A stretch of 64,000 bases of DNA. It comes from Pseudomonadota bacterium (GTDB lineage Bacteria > Desulfobacterota > Desulfobacteria > Desulfobacterales > JBDRRP01). The notes below the pieces were generated by a model. The model worked only from the letters and a program-made list of their open reading frames with translations. It made no database searches and was not told where the DNA came from. How positions within the stretch are numbered: the first letter of the stretch is position 1; every line of letters starts with the position of its first letter. The translations under genes and the position numbers were made by a program. This document shows positions 1-10,133 of this stretch, in pieces. The stretch is taken from assembly GCA_043825735.1 (NCBI GenBank), contig JBDRRP010000086.1, positions 11,046-75,045 on the forward strand, read 5' to 3'.

Positions 1-79
1 CCTGCCGCCGGTGGCTTGGATGCGCCACAATAGCCAAAACCTCTCCACGACGTCCACTTTTTGCTTTCTGTTCTTGTCG

Positions 80-140
80 TTCTCTGCGCCCCTGCGTCTC
101 TGCGCGAGAATGGTTTTTGGGTTGCGGCGATGCCGCGCGA
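80..140. repeat. Arm of a dispersed palindromic repeat (ctctgcgcccctgcgtctctgcgcgagaa...ttgcggc)
   Basis: Near reverse complement of 1384-1443. Related copies at ~14965-15010 and ~57265-57310. Confidence 0.7.
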
Positions 141-174
141 GGGGCTTTGTGATGAGCAACCATCCGTAGGAATT

Positions 175-1362
175 ATGAGCGAGCGATTCATTATCCATAT
201 CAACGTGGCCGATTTTGCCGTTGCCGTGGCGCGGGCGATGGACGCCCGTCTGCGGGATCGACCGGTCATCGTGGCGCCGGGCGCCGCTTCCCGTGCGGCG
301 GTCTACGATATGAGCGAAGAAGCCTACCGCAGCGGGGTGCGAAAGGGCATGCTGCTGCGCCGGGCGCTGGGGAGCTGCCCCGATGCCGCGGTGGTGCCCC
401 TCCACCCCCACCGCTACGCCCAGGCCATGGACCGGCTGCTGCATCATGCCGTGCCGTTTTCCCCCCGGATCGAGGTGTGCGATCACCAGGGGCATCTCTT
501 CGTGGACGTCAGCGGTACCGGTCGGCTGTTCGGGCCGCCGCAGGATGTGGCGTTGCGCATCCGGCGGGACGTAAAGCGCGACATGGGCATCGATCCCATT
601 TGGTCGGTGGCTTCCAACAAGCTGGTGGCCAAGGTGGCCACGCGGATCGTGAAACCCGTGGGAGAGTATGTCGTTCGGGCCGGTGACGAAGCCTCGCTGC
701 TGAGCCCGTTGCCGTTGTTTCTGGTGCCCGGCGTGGAGACGGACGACGTGCGCCGTCTGCGGGCCTACCACCTCCGGCTGGCCGGTCAGGTGGCGCGCCT
801 GTTGCCGGAGCAGTTGGATGTGATGTTCGGCCCGCGTGGCCGGGATCTGCACGCGGCGGTCCGCGGCATCGATGCCTCCCCGGTGCGGCCGGTGGGGGAA
901 GCGCCCCCGGTGGTATGCCGGGCGCACGATTTCGGTACCGACACCAATGATGTGGCAGCGGTGGCGGCGGTCGTGTTTCAGATGGCTGAAGCGGCCGGGG
1001 CCGCACTCCGCCAGCGTCGGCAGGCGACCGGAAGCCTGCGGGTGTCCATTCAGTACACTGATGGCGGCATCCGGGAAAGCCGCGCGCGGATGAAGCCGGC
1101 CAGCGCCGTGGACCGGATCCTCTACGCCGCCGCCTGCGAGGCCCTTCACCGGGCATGGTTTCGGCGCACCCGGATCCGCCGTCTGGCGCTCACCTGCGAG
1201 GCGCTGACTTTTCCTCCGGCCCAGCAGGCGTTGTTTGCCGAGGACCGCAAACAGCAGCAGAACGACGAACGGCTCACCGCAGCCATGGATGCCGTGCGGC
1301 GACGGTTCGGGAAAACGGCCATTTCGGTGGGGCGGGGGATGATGTCTCCGGTTGAAGCGTGA
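175..1362 (+). CDS. imuB: Y-family DNA polymerase-like protein, ImuB/DinB type, probably catalytically inactive
   Basis: DinB-like motifs (IIHINVADFAV, SEEAYRSGVRKGM, SNKLVAKVA, DAVRRRFG). The usual DMDAF and SIDEA acidic residues are replaced. Lies directly upstream of a DnaE. ATG at 175 chosen over TTG at 61. Confidence 0.82.
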   Translation: MSERFIIHINVADFAVAVARAMDARLRDRPVIVAPGAASRAAVYDMSEEAYRSGVRKGMLLRRALGSCPDAAVVPLHPHRYAQAMDRLLHHAVPFSPRIEVCDHQGHLFVDVSGTGRLFGPPQDVALRIRRDVKRDMGIDPIWSVASNKLVAKVATRIVKPVGEYVVRAGDEASLLSPLPLFLVPGVETDDVRRLRAYHLRLAGQVARLLPEQLDVMFGPRGRDLHAAVRGIDASPVRPVGEAPPVVCRAHDFGTDTNDVAAVAAVVFQMAEAAGAALRQRRQATGSLRVSIQYTDGGIRESRARMKPASAVDRILYAAACEALHRAWFRRTRIRRLALTCEALTFPPAQQALFAEDRKQQQNDERLTAAMDAVRRRFGKTAISVGRGMMSPVEA

Positions 1363-1383
1363 TTATCACCACGGGTTATCCTA

Positions 1384-1580
1384 TCGCGGCATAGCCGCAA
1401 TCCAAAAACCATTCTCTCGCAGAGACGCAGAGGCGCGGAGAAACCCAAAGGCACTTGAACCACGAAGCGCTCGAAGGACACGAAGGAAAGCAAAAAAGTT
1501 TCTCGTGACGCGGGTAGACTTTTGTTGCTGTTCTTGGCGTTCTTTGCGGCTTGGCGCGAGAACAGGGTTTTGGCTGTGTC
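1384..1580. repeat. MITE-like palindromic element built from ~9-bp units (cgcagagacgcagag ... cttggcgttctttgcggcttggcgcgag)
   Basis: Mutually inverted arms filling the imuB-dnaE2 spacer. Similar arms recur elsewhere in the window. Confidence 0.65.
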
Positions 1581-1628
1581 CGCTGGGGTTCGATATTCCT
1601 GCATCAGGAGGCCAACTGGAGCAGTGCC

Positions 1629-4600
1629 ATGATTCCTCTCGTCGTTCGATCCCATTTTTCCCTCATGTGGGGCACCGCTTCGCCGGAGGCGGTGTGCCGC
1701 ACGGCCCGGGCGCACGGCTACACCCGTCTGGCGCTCACCGATACGGACAATCTTTACGGGTTGTGGCCCTTTTTGGCGGCCTGCCGGCGCAATGGCATTG
1801 GGCCGGTGGTGGGGGCCGAAGTGACGGATCCGGCTACCGACGATCGGGCCGTCTGTCTGGTGGAAAATGCCGCCGGGTACCGGAACCTGTGCCGCCTCAT
1901 CACCCGCCGCCATTGCGACGGACAGTTTTGCCTTCTTGGGGATCTGCCGGCGCTGGCTGATGGGTTGACGGTGCTGACCCGTTCGGCCGCGGCGCTCTGT
2001 GCCTGGCACGACGCCGGCGTCTTCGTGGCGGCGGCAGCCCCCAGGAAACCCACCGGGGCGGCGCTGATCCTGAAGCGGCTGGCCCGGGAGCGCGGGCTCC
2101 CGTTTGCGGCGGTGCCGGGCAGTTTTTTTCTGGAACCTGCGGATCTGCCCGTTCACCGGATGCTCCGAGCGATTGATCTTAACACCACCTTGTCGCGTCT
2201 GGGGCCAGTCGATACGGCACCCCCGGATGCCTGGTTGGCACCGCCAGGGGTTTACGCCGAGCGTTTTGCCGTATGGCCCGAGGCGGTTTCCGAAACGGCG
2301 GCGCTGGCCGAGCGGCTCGCTTTTGACGGCCCTTCCCGGGATCTGGTCCTGCCCCCGTGGCGCAGTGCCGCCGGCCGTTGCGCCGACGAGGCGCTTCGCC
2401 CGGCCGCCTATGCCGGCGCCCGGCGCCGTTATGGGCCGGATCTGGCTGAAAACGTGGTGGACCGCCTTGAGCACGAGCTCGCCATCATCGCCCAAATGGG
2501 GTTTTCATCCTACTTTCTCGTGGTGCGAGACATCGTGGCGCGCTCGCCGCGAACCTGCGGCCGGGGCAGCGGCGCGGCATCCCTGGTGGCCTACTGCCTG
2601 GAAATCACCAACGTGTGCCCGGTGAAGCACAACCTTTACTTCGAGCGGTTTCTCAACCCGGGCCGCACCGATCCGCCCGACATCGACGTGGATTTCGCCT
2701 GGGACGAGCGCGACGCGGTCCAGGCCTCGGTGCTGGCTCAGTACCCCGGACATGCCGCCATGGTCTGCAATCACGTGGGCTTCAAACCCCGGATGGCGGT
2801 CCGGGAAGTGGCAAAGGTCTACGGCCTGACGGACGCCGAGATCGGCCGGGTATCCAAACGGTTGCCCTGGTTCTGGCATTCGGAGGAAGACGGCGACGAT
2901 CTTCTTGGGGCCATCCGGGGCTTGCCGGTGATGCGCGGGGTGGATTTTCCGCCGCCGTGGCCGGACATCATGGCCATGGCCCAGCGGATTGTGGGTATTC
3001 CCCGCCACCTGTCGGTGCACTCCGGCGGGGTGATCATCACCCCGGCGCCGGTGGATACCTATGTGCCGGTGGAGATGGCGCCCAAGGGGGTGCCCATCAT
3101 CCAGTGGGAAAAGGACGGCACCGAAACCGCCGGACTGGTGAAAATCGATCTGTTGGGAAACCGGAGTCTTGGCGTGATCCGGGACGCACTGGCTAATATT
3201 CGTGATAACGGCTCAAAGATCGACGAGGGGTGCTGGGAGCCCGAGAATGACGCGGCCACCCAGCAGGCCGTCGCCGCCGGCCGCACCATGGGCTGTTTTT
3301 ACATCGAAAGCCCGGCCACGCGGCTTTTACAGCAGAAGGCGCGGGTGGGAGATTTCGAGCACCTGGTCATCCACAGCAGCATCATCCGGCCGGCGGCCAA
3401 TGAATTCATCCGGGAGTATATCCGCCGCCTGCACGGCGGCCCTTGGGAGCCGATCCACCCGCTGCTGGATGACGTGCTGCGCGAGACCTACGGCATCATG
3501 GTCTACCAGGAGGACGTCTCCCGGGCGGCGGTGGCGGTGGCGGGTTTTTCAGCGGCCGATGCCGACGGACTGCGCAAGGTGATGGCCAAAAAGGACAAGG
3601 GCCGGCGCCTGACGGACTACCGGGCGCAGTTTATTGCCGGCGCCCGGGAAAAGGGACTTTCCGAGGAGGAGATCGAGCGGATCTGGGCGATGATGATGAG
3701 CTTTAGCGGCTACAGCTTCTGCAAACCCCACAGCGCCAGCTACGCCCGGGTTTCCTTCCAGGCGGCCTATCTCAAAACCCATTTCCCGGCCGCGTTCATG
3801 GCCGCGGTGATCAGCAACCAGGGCGGGTTCTACAGCGCCTTTGCGTACGTGTCCGAGGCCCGGCGCATGGGCGTCACCGTGCTGCCCCCGCATGTCAACG
3901 AAAGCCGGACCCACTGGAAGGGCAGCGCCAGCGCCATGCGGGTGGGGTGGGTGTCGCTGAAGCATTTGGGAGCGGCCACCCGAGAGCGCATCCGGCGCGC
4001 GCGGCCGTTTACCGGGCTTTCCGATTTTCTTCGACGCATAGGGCCGGATGAGACCGAGGCGCGGAGCCTGATCCACGCCGGGGCCTTTGACGGGCTGCAC
4101 CCCGGCGTGAGCCGGGCCCAGCTGCTCTGGGAACTATCCGCTTGGCTGCGGCGGCGCCAGCACGCCGCGGCAGGCGCGCTCTTTGGCGATCCCGGCGCCG
4201 TGCCCCGGCCGGCGCTGCCTCCCGAGCCGGAAATGGAACGTCTGCGCCAGGAGTTTCGGGTGCTGGGGTTTTTGTGCGACCGCCACCCCATGGTGCTGTT
4301 CCGGCAAGCACTGGGGCGCCGGCGGGTGGTGACGGCCGAGTGCCTGCCGTCACTGGTAGGCCGTGAGGTGCAGGTGGCCGGGATGCTGATAACGGGAAAG
4401 TCGGTCTACACGAAAAAAGGCGATCCCATGCAGTTTCTGACCTTCGAAGACGAGACCGGACTCGTGGAGGCGGTGTTTTTCCCGGAGGTCTACCGGCGCT
4501 ACTGCGCCATCATGTCGCACCACCAGCCCTACGTGATCAGCGGGCAGGTGGTCTCCGATTTCGGCGCGGTCACGCTCACCGCCAGCCGGGCCGTGGCGTT

Positions 4601-4646
4601 GGAGCGGCCGCCTTCGTCGGGTGATCAGCTCAAAGCGGCCGGATGA
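1629..4646 (+). CDS. dnaE2: DNA polymerase III alpha subunit, error-prone DnaE2 type
   Basis: Degenerate PHP start (RSHFS, LALTD), GRGSGAASLV, FERFLNP, catalytic PDIDVDF, HLSVHSGG, KIDLLG, YSFCKPHS, and a C-terminal OB fold (FLTFEDETG). Adjacent to the ImuB-like gene. Confidence 0.9.
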   Translation: MIPLVVRSHFSLMWGTASPEAVCRTARAHGYTRLALTDTDNLYGLWPFLAACRRNGIGPVVGAEVTDPATDDRAVCLVENAAGYRNLCRLITRRHCDGQFCLLGDLPALADGLTVLTRSAAALCAWHDAGVFVAAAAPRKPTGAALILKRLARERGLPFAAVPGSFFLEPADLPVHRMLRAIDLNTTLSRLGPVDTAPPDAWLAPPGVYAERFAVWPEAVSETAALAERLAFDGPSRDLVLPPWRSAAGRCADEALRPAAYAGARRRYGPDLAENVVDRLEHELAIIAQMGFSSYFLVVRDIVARSPRTCGRGSGAASLVAYCLEITNVCPVKHNLYFERFLNPGRTDPPDIDVDFAWDERDAVQASVLAQYPGHAAMVCNHVGFKPRMAVREVAKVYGLTDAEIGRVSKRLPWFWHSEEDGDDLLGAIRGLPVMRGVDFPPPWPDIMAMAQRIVGIPRHLSVHSGGVIITPAPVDTYVPVEMAPKGVPIIQWEKDGTETAGLVKIDLLGNRSLGVIRDALANIRDNGSKIDEGCWEPENDAATQQAVAAGRTMGCFYIESPATRLLQQKARVGDFEHLVIHSSIIRPAANEFIREYIRRLHGGPWEPIHPLLDDVLRETYGIMVYQEDVSRAAVAVAGFSAADADGLRKVMAKKDKGRRLTDYRAQFIAGAREKGLSEEEIERIWAMMMSFSGYSFCKPHSASYARVSFQAAYLKTHFPAAFMAAVISNQGGFYSAFAYVSEARRMGVTVLPPHVNESRTHWKGSASAMRVGWVSLKHLGAATRERIRRARPFTGLSDFLRRIGPDETEARSLIHAGAFDGLHPGVSRAQLLWELSAWLRRRQHAAAGALFGDPGAVPRPALPPEPEMERLRQEFRVLGFLCDRHPMVLFRQALGRRRVVTAECLPSLVGREVQVAGMLITGKSVYTKKGDPMQFLTFEDETGLVEAVFFPEVYRRYCAIMSHHQPYVISGQVVSDFGAVTLTASRAVALERPPSSGDQLKAAG

Positions 4647-4817
4647 CCAGCCGCGAAAAACGCTTATTTGCGGGTTTATATGTGCGCACTTGACACTAAC
4701 ACAAATAAAGGCAATCGTTTTCATGAATGAACGGCGCCGATTGATCCGGAAGGATCGCGTATCGTGCCTGCTGTCTGAAGGGCTGCCGGAGGAATGATTC
4801 GATAAAGTGGTGTCCAT

Positions 4818-6365
4818 TTGAAAACAAAAAAACCAAATAACGGGCTTGAGCAACTGGAGATGGCGTTAAGGGACGGGTCTCCGAAGGCCAAGGCTTTTAT
4901 AGAGATCTTTGACAACATCTTCGGATCCGTTCGTGAATCGCTGCTCGTGCTTGATCATCAGCTGCAAATCGTCAAGGCCAACCGGTCTTTCTGCCGGACC
5001 TTCAACGTAACGCCCGCTGAAGCAGAGGGCACCCTGATATACCATCTTGGCAACTGCCAGTGGGACATCCCCCGGCTCAGAGAATTACTCGAAAACATTC
5101 TTCCGCAGAATTCAGAGTTGACTGACTTTGACGTGGAGCAGAACTTCGAAGGTATCGGTCGGAAGATCATGCATTTGAATGCCAGGCGCATCTACAATGA
5201 AGAAAACCAAACGCAGTTGATCCTTCTGGCCATCGAGGATGTGACAGAGCGTGAATACTATAAACGGGATCTTGAAAAGATCGTTGAAAAGCGAACGGCT
5301 GAACTCACCGCTGCCAGGGTTGAGGCGGAAATCAGCAAGCATCGGGCCGAAACCTCCCTTGAGGAAATACAGTGGTTAAAAGAGAAGCTTGAAGCCGAAA
5401 GGGCCTATCTCAAGGAAGAGATCAAGACGGAGTACAACCACGAGAACATCATCGGTCGAAGCGATGCCATCAACTATGTGTTTTACAAGATCGAGCAAAT
5501 TGCCGCCACCGATACCAATGTTCTGGTTCTTGGAGAAACCGGCACCGGCAAAGAGTTGGTGGCCCGGGCGATTCACGGATTGAGCCTGCGCAAGAACCGG
5601 GTATTGGTTAAAATGAACTGTGCCGCGCTGCCGGCAACCCTCATCGAAAGCGAACTGTTCGGCCATGAGAAAGGCGCCTTTACCGGCGCCCAATCCAGGA
5701 GATTGGGGCGATTCGAGATTGCCAACGGGGCGACCCTGTTTTTGGATGAGATCGGTGAACTACCCTTGGATTTGCAGCCCAAGCTGCTCCAGGTGATACA
5801 AAACGGCGAATTTGAGCGTCTGGGAAGCTCCTTCACCATTAAAACCGATGTGCGCATCATTGCCGCCACCAACCGTAATCTGGAGGCGGAGGTCAGAAAG
5901 GGCCGATTTCGCGAGGATCTCTGGTACCGGCTCAATATTTTTCCGATTACGATGCCGCCACTCCGGGATCGCAAGGAAGATATTTCACTGTTGGTCAATT
6001 TCTTTGTTGATAAGATCTCTAAGCGGCTGGGCAAAACGATCGAGGTGATCCCAGCGAGTCTGATGGATTCACTGCAGCAATATCACTGGCCCGGCAACAT
6101 CCGCGAACTGGAAAACGTTCTCGAACGGGCAGTAATCAATTCATCCGGGCCCAAACTGCGCCTGGTGGATGAGCTGAAACAATCGCGCAAGAACCATCCA
6201 GCGGCATCGCGTACGCTGGCCGACATCGAGCGGGAATATATCCTTCGGGTGCTCGATCAGGTGAACTGGAAAGTGAGCGGCACAAACAGCGCGGCCGAAA
6301 TCCTGGGCCTTGACCGCAGCACGCTGCGCGCTCGCATGACCAAGCTCAATATTCGAAAAGACTGA
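4818..6365 (+). CDS. PAS-domain sigma54-dependent transcriptional activator (NtrC/Fis family)
   Basis: N-terminal PAS and coiled coil, Walker [42 protein letters not shown]-terminal HTH. Start could be ATG 4860. Confidence 0.93.
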   Translation: MKTKKPNNGLEQLEMALRDGSPKAKAFIEIFDNIFGSVRESLLVLDHQLQIVKANRSFCRTFNVTPAEAEGTLIYHLGNCQWDIPRLRELLENILPQNSELTDFDVEQNFEGIGRKIMHLNARRIYNEENQTQLILLAIEDVTEREYYKRDLEKIVEKRTAELTAARVEAEISKHRAETSLEEIQWLKEKLEAERAYLKEEIKTEYNHENIIGRSDAINYVFYKIEQIAATDTNVLVLGETGTGKELVARAIHGLSLRKNRVLVKMNCAALPATLIESELFGHEKGAFTGAQSRRLGRFEIANGATLFLDEIGELPLDLQPKLLQVIQNGEFERLGSSFTIKTDVRIIAATNRNLEAEVRKGRFREDLWYRLNIFPITMPPLRDRKEDISLLVNFFVDKISKRLGKTIEVIPASLMDSLQQYHWPGNIRELENVLERAVINSSGPKLRLVDELKQSRKNHPAASRTLADIEREYILRVLDQVNWKVSGTNSAAEILGLDRSTLRARMTKLNIRKD

Positions 6366-6422
6366 TTCATTTCCGTCCCCGCCAGAGCCAGCCCCCCATC
6401 CAGTGTCTCACAGCGCGAACAA

Positions 6423-6467
6423 GATTTGCGGTCATATTTGACCAACGGACAAATATGACCGCAAATC
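6423..6467. promoter_or_regulatory. 18-bp perfect inverted repeat made of two GGTCA-N4-TGACC-like sites; candidate enhancer (UAS) for the sigma54 activator
   Basis: gatttgcggtcatatttg-N9-caaatatgaccgcaaatc, just downstream of the activator gene and ~430 bp upstream of a -24/-12 motif. No U-tract follows. Confidence 0.55.
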
Positions 6468-6895
6468 GATGTGCTTCCCTAAGAGGATTGTGCCAGGGAG
6501 TGCAAACTCCTCGAAAAAGTACAGCTTTTTCAGACCTCACGGAGGAATGCCAATTGATCGGCGGGTTTCGACATCGCCGAAGAACTGAGGGTGGCCACCC
6601 ATGCCGGGTATGGCTGATTCCATCCGACAAGCGGATGAAAGATCACAGGAATGGGTTGGAGGCATCATGGGCATCCTTTGATAAGGGATTGAATAGTCGC
6701 GAATAATAAAAACAATCATCCTCATTCAATATCCCACCGAAAAAATAAAAATTGGTCATAGATGACCACTGGTGAAATACGACCATGTTTCGGTTCGATT
6801 TCATCCCCCACCAATCCAGAGCGCTTCAAGAAATACCCTATACACTTCAATACGATAGGCAGCAAAAGGCAGCACACAAAACAGTGTCGGCCGCT

Positions 6896-6911
6896 TGGCA
6901 CGAGTATTGAA
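6896..6911 (+). promoter_or_regulatory. Sigma54 (-24/-12) promoter candidate
   Basis: TGGCACG-agta-TTGAA matches TGGCACG-N4-TTGCW with one mismatch and the correct GG-N10 spacing. Confidence 0.65.
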
Positions 6912-7312
6912 TCCTTAAGAAGACAGCGAAATACCCCTTACGTCGTGATCGGTGTCTATATCCGAGTTTCTGTCTTTAAGCTCCAGGTGGCAAAATCGGA
7001 TCTGAGGCAAATGAACGGAAAGTGCGAACATGATTTGTTCGCCGTGCAGATACTCCGAAAAGAAAGACAGACCTTAAGGAGCATTGTGCTGAAACGGAGA
7101 AAGTCCCCATGTGTGAAATTGAAAAATATAGGGAAAACATAAGGTCATTGCTCGAGAAATGGAATGCAGAGGTGGACTTCTGTGGGATGATTCAAAAAGA
7201 TACGGATAGTGAAAACGCACTGAAAGAACTGAAAAGGAGACTTGAAAGCTCCTGCAATGCACTTGGACAATGCTTTTGACACGCCGACTTACAATTTAAA
7301 AAGGAGACGCTG

Positions 7313-7462
7313 ATGTTATATACGATTGCAGTAGTACTAATCATTCTTTGGCTTCTGGGTTTTGTGAGTAGTTATACGATGGGCGGGTTCATCCATATCC
7401 TGTTGGTGATCGCAGTTATCGTAGTGCTGGTCAACGTCATTCAAGGTCGAAGACTTTCATAA
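7313..7462 (+). CDS. 49-aa two-helix membrane protein, lmo0937/DUF5670-like
   Basis: AAGGAG RBS, then MLYTIAVVLIILWLLGFVSSYTMGGFIHILLVIAVIVVLVNVIQGRRLS. Below the ORF-track length cutoff. Confidence 0.88.
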   Translation: MLYTIAVVLIILWLLGFVSSYTMGGFIHILLVIAVIVVLVNVIQGRRLS

Positions 7463-7525
7463 ACAGCTAATTGAACAGAATTAACAAGGCCGAGAATAAA
7501 CGGGTTTTACCGGGAGGTATTCGAA

Positions 7526-7816
7526 TTGAAAACCAAACGAAAAGAATACGAAGAGAAGCTCGATGCGCAGTACGAGAAATGGAATGTCCAGATCGCTATG
7601 TTCAGGGCCAAAGCCGAGAAGGCAAACGCGGGCGCGAAGATCGAATATTTCAAAACGATCGACGCGTTACAGAAAAAGCAATCAGGGGCCGCGGCAAAAC
7701 TGAACGAACTGAAGACTTCCGGAAATGAAGCGTGGGAAGATTTGAAAACAGGCGCAGAAAATGCCTGGGGTGAAGTCAAATCGGCCTTTCAAAGCGCGAC
7801 AGAAAAATTCAAATAG
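7526..7816 (+). CDS. Small coiled-coil stress-associated protein (sll1863-like)
   Basis: GGAGG RBS with TTG start; pattern YEEKLDAQ..W...AWEDLKTGAENAW. Confidence 0.8.
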   Translation: MKTKRKEYEEKLDAQYEKWNVQIAMFRAKAEKANAGAKIEYFKTIDALQKKQSGAAAKLNELKTSGNEAWEDLKTGAENAWGEVKSAFQSATEKFK

Positions 7817-7832
7817 GCAAGGAGAAACGGTT

Positions 7833-8147
7833 ATGAATTCGAGACGTAGGCTTATTGGCTATCTGACCCTGATTCTGTTTGTCGCCGCTATTGTGGCCTG
7901 CGGATCGACAGCCAAGCAGGAAGGCACAGGGGAATATGTTGACGATTCGGTCATCACGACCAAGGTTAAATCTTTGCTGGCTGCTGATGATTTTCTCAAG
8001 TCATTTCAAGTCGGTGTTGAAACTTTCAAGGGTAATGTCCAACTGAGCGGGTTCGTTAACTCTCAGCAGGCGGTTGAAAAAGCGGGTGAAATCTCACGTA
8101 GCGTCAAGGGAGTAAAATCCGTAAAGAACGACCTGATCGTGAAATAG
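7833..8147 (+). CDS. BON-domain lipoprotein (OsmY-like)
   Basis: AAGGAG RBS, lipobox IVAC, DDSVITTKVKS, GNVQLSGFV, GVKSVKNDL. Confidence 0.9.
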   Translation: MNSRRRLIGYLTLILFVAAIVACGSTAKQEGTGEYVDDSVITTKVKSLLAADDFLKSFQVGVETFKGNVQLSGFVNSQQAVEKAGEISRSVKGVKSVKNDLIVK

Positions 8148-8252
8148 GCGGGTGTTGGATTTCAGGGGGCCTGTAGTGCCCCCGGAAAGAGAGCCGACAT
8201 GAAGCGGGTCTTAACAATATCGGTCGACTAATTCAGAAGAAAGAGGTTCGCC

Positions 8253-8594
8253 ATGGAAAACAACAGCAGTGAGAGCATTTCGGCTGCACTGAAGATTCTT
8301 GAGGAGGCAGCCAAGCAGAAGAAGGACGAGTTGAAAAAGATCATGTCAAATAAGTACAAGAATCTGTCCAGCCTGTTCATGGAAAACGAAAGCAGTCTTA
8401 AGGAATCGTTGAGCACCGCCAAAGATCATGTGTTCGATGCGGCAACTCATGCCAAAGAGGCCGGCGTCGAAAAGGTCAGTGATATGGCTCGTGAGGTGGA
8501 CAACGGTGTGCATCAGAGTCCGTGGCCCTTCATCGCAGGATCTGCGATGTTCGGTGTGTTACTCGGCTTCATCCTGGGCCGGAGTAACAAGTAG
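8253..8594 (+). CDS. YqjD/ElaB (DUF883) family membrane-anchored protein
   Basis: Helical N-terminus followed by the VHQSPW...GVLLGFILGR tail anchor typical of DUF883. Confidence 0.82.
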   Translation: MENNSSESISAALKILEEAAKQKKDELKKIMSNKYKNLSSLFMENESSLKESLSTAKDHVFDAATHAKEAGVEKVSDMAREVDNGVHQSPWPFIAGSAMFGVLLGFILGRSNK

Positions 8595-8615
8595 CCCCGT
8601 CCAACAGGAGGACAT

Positions 8616-8999
8616 ATGTTCGCGAATTTGACCAAGGGCCTTCTTGCTGCAATTGCGATCAAGCAGATAGACAACTGCCGGCGTTTGTCGATTCAACTGC
8701 TTAAGATCGAGGCCGTGACGGGCTATTTGCATGGAGTACAGATGGCCCGCTTGACCGTAATCGGGCTGATGCGGATGGGGCTCTTAATCGGTTTCATCGG
8801 TTTTGGGATGTTGTTATTGCATGCGGGTCTGTTCATTTTGCTGCCGTGGTCGGTGGAAACCAAGGCGGTTCTCGGTATTTTTCTTGGGTTGGCCTACATG
8901 ACCATTGGTAGTATTGTGCTTCATTTGTCCGTGGATGAGAAACGGTGGATGAAGAAATCAGGTGTCGCGGAGATGCTGGAAAAAGTAACCACTCAATGA
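8616..8999 (+). CDS. Two-TM membrane protein (possibly YqjE-like)
   Basis: AGGAGG RBS, two hydrophobic helices, position directly after the DUF883 gene. Confidence 0.65.
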   Translation: MFANLTKGLLAAIAIKQIDNCRRLSIQLLKIEAVTGYLHGVQMARLTVIGLMRMGLLIGFIGFGMLLLHAGLFILLPWSVETKAVLGIFLGLAYMTIGSIVLHLSVDEKRWMKKSGVAEMLEKVTTQ

Positions 9000-9173
9000 G
9001 CTGGTGATACATTTCGCGGAAAGCCGCCCATCGTCGGCGGCGTATCACTCGTTGGTGGCATCCTGCTGCTGGCAATCGGAAGAAGAAAAGCGTGACTTGC
9101 ATAGGGGCGGAATCAATAGCGGTCGAAGTCGGATATATCAAGGAGAATTTGGTCCCACAGAGAGGGGGTCGAA

Positions 9174-9509
9174 ATGGTCGTCGTTAGAATTATCATGAAC
9201 GTGCTTCCGGAAAAGCAACTGGAGGTAACACAGACGCTTCTTTCCATGATCGAACCGACGACTAAGGAGGCGGGCTGTCTGAGTTATGCCGTATTTTGCG
9301 ATATCGAAGACCCAAACCGTTACAGTCTGATTCAGGAGTGGGAAAACCGGGGGGATTTGGATCATTATTTTGCCTCTCATCGATTCGGCATCCTATTAGG
9401 GACAAAGGCCCTTTTGTCTGAAAATTTGACGATTCAAATCCAAACGGTGCTGCGAACGGAAGGGTTAGATGCCGTTGAAGCGATTCGGAAAAGAATCAGT
9501 AGAAATTAG
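9174..9509 (+). CDS. Antibiotic-biosynthesis-monooxygenase (ABM) family protein
   Basis: EPTTKEAGCLSY...DIEDPNRYSLIQEW...HF pattern. Confidence 0.82.
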   Translation: MVVVRIIMNVLPEKQLEVTQTLLSMIEPTTKEAGCLSYAVFCDIEDPNRYSLIQEWENRGDLDHYFASHRFGILLGTKALLSENLTIQIQTVLRTEGLDAVEAIRKRISRN

Positions 9510-9585
9510 CCGTCGGTGACGGGGACGGCGCTGAATTGCGGTGAAGTGATACGCATCGCCGAAAACCACTAAAAAGGATAACCAG

Positions 9586-9864
9586 ATGAAACAGGACATG
9601 AATTCAAAAAATATCAGCCAGCTTTTGAGAGAAGCTGATGAACTGATCCAGAAAATGGAGGCTGATGCCTTCGGCGATCTCCAAGAGACTCAGCAACTCG
9701 AGTTTGAGGCGCACGCTCAGAAGCTCAAAGAAATCAAAGCGATGGTACAGGTTCAGGACGCAGACCATTCGAAGCAGGAAATCAACACCGGTGCCGATGG
9801 CATGCACCGGGCAATTGATGAAATTGTGAAATCCATGCAGGAGCTGACGAAAAAGTTTTTCTGA
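9586..9864 (+). CDS. Hypothetical helical protein
   Basis: AAGGA RBS, ATG start, co-oriented with the cluster. Confidence 0.65.
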   Translation: MKQDMNSKNISQLLREADELIQKMEADAFGDLQETQQLEFEAHAQKLKEIKAMVQVQDADHSKQEINTGADGMHRAIDEIVKSMQELTKKFF

Positions 9865-10133
9865 TAGCCTATTTAAAATACTTCAGCCGTGCACTGATGG
9901 GTGTCCCCTGTGCGCTTCAGCTAACCCATTATCCGCATCAATCTGCATGACTACTTCATTTCAACCTGTCATCACCGACAAAACAGAATCTTGGGATTTT
10001 GAAAATGGCATCAACCGGGAACAAAAATCCGATTAGCAGTTGGATCGGAACATTTGGCGCCTTTTTAGGCATTGACTTCTATTCGCAACACATGAACACT
10101 ATCGAAGCAAGTAGTTGATAGGAGCTTCTGGAC

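Noticed and set aside
1146-2495. 449-aa minus-strand ORF
   Set aside because: Overlaps imuB, a repeat and dnaE2 in antisense; no recognisable domain.
6762-7142. 126-aa ORF in the sigma54 promoter region
   Set aside because: Spans the -24/-12 motif, has no clear RBS or domain, and is probably non-coding.
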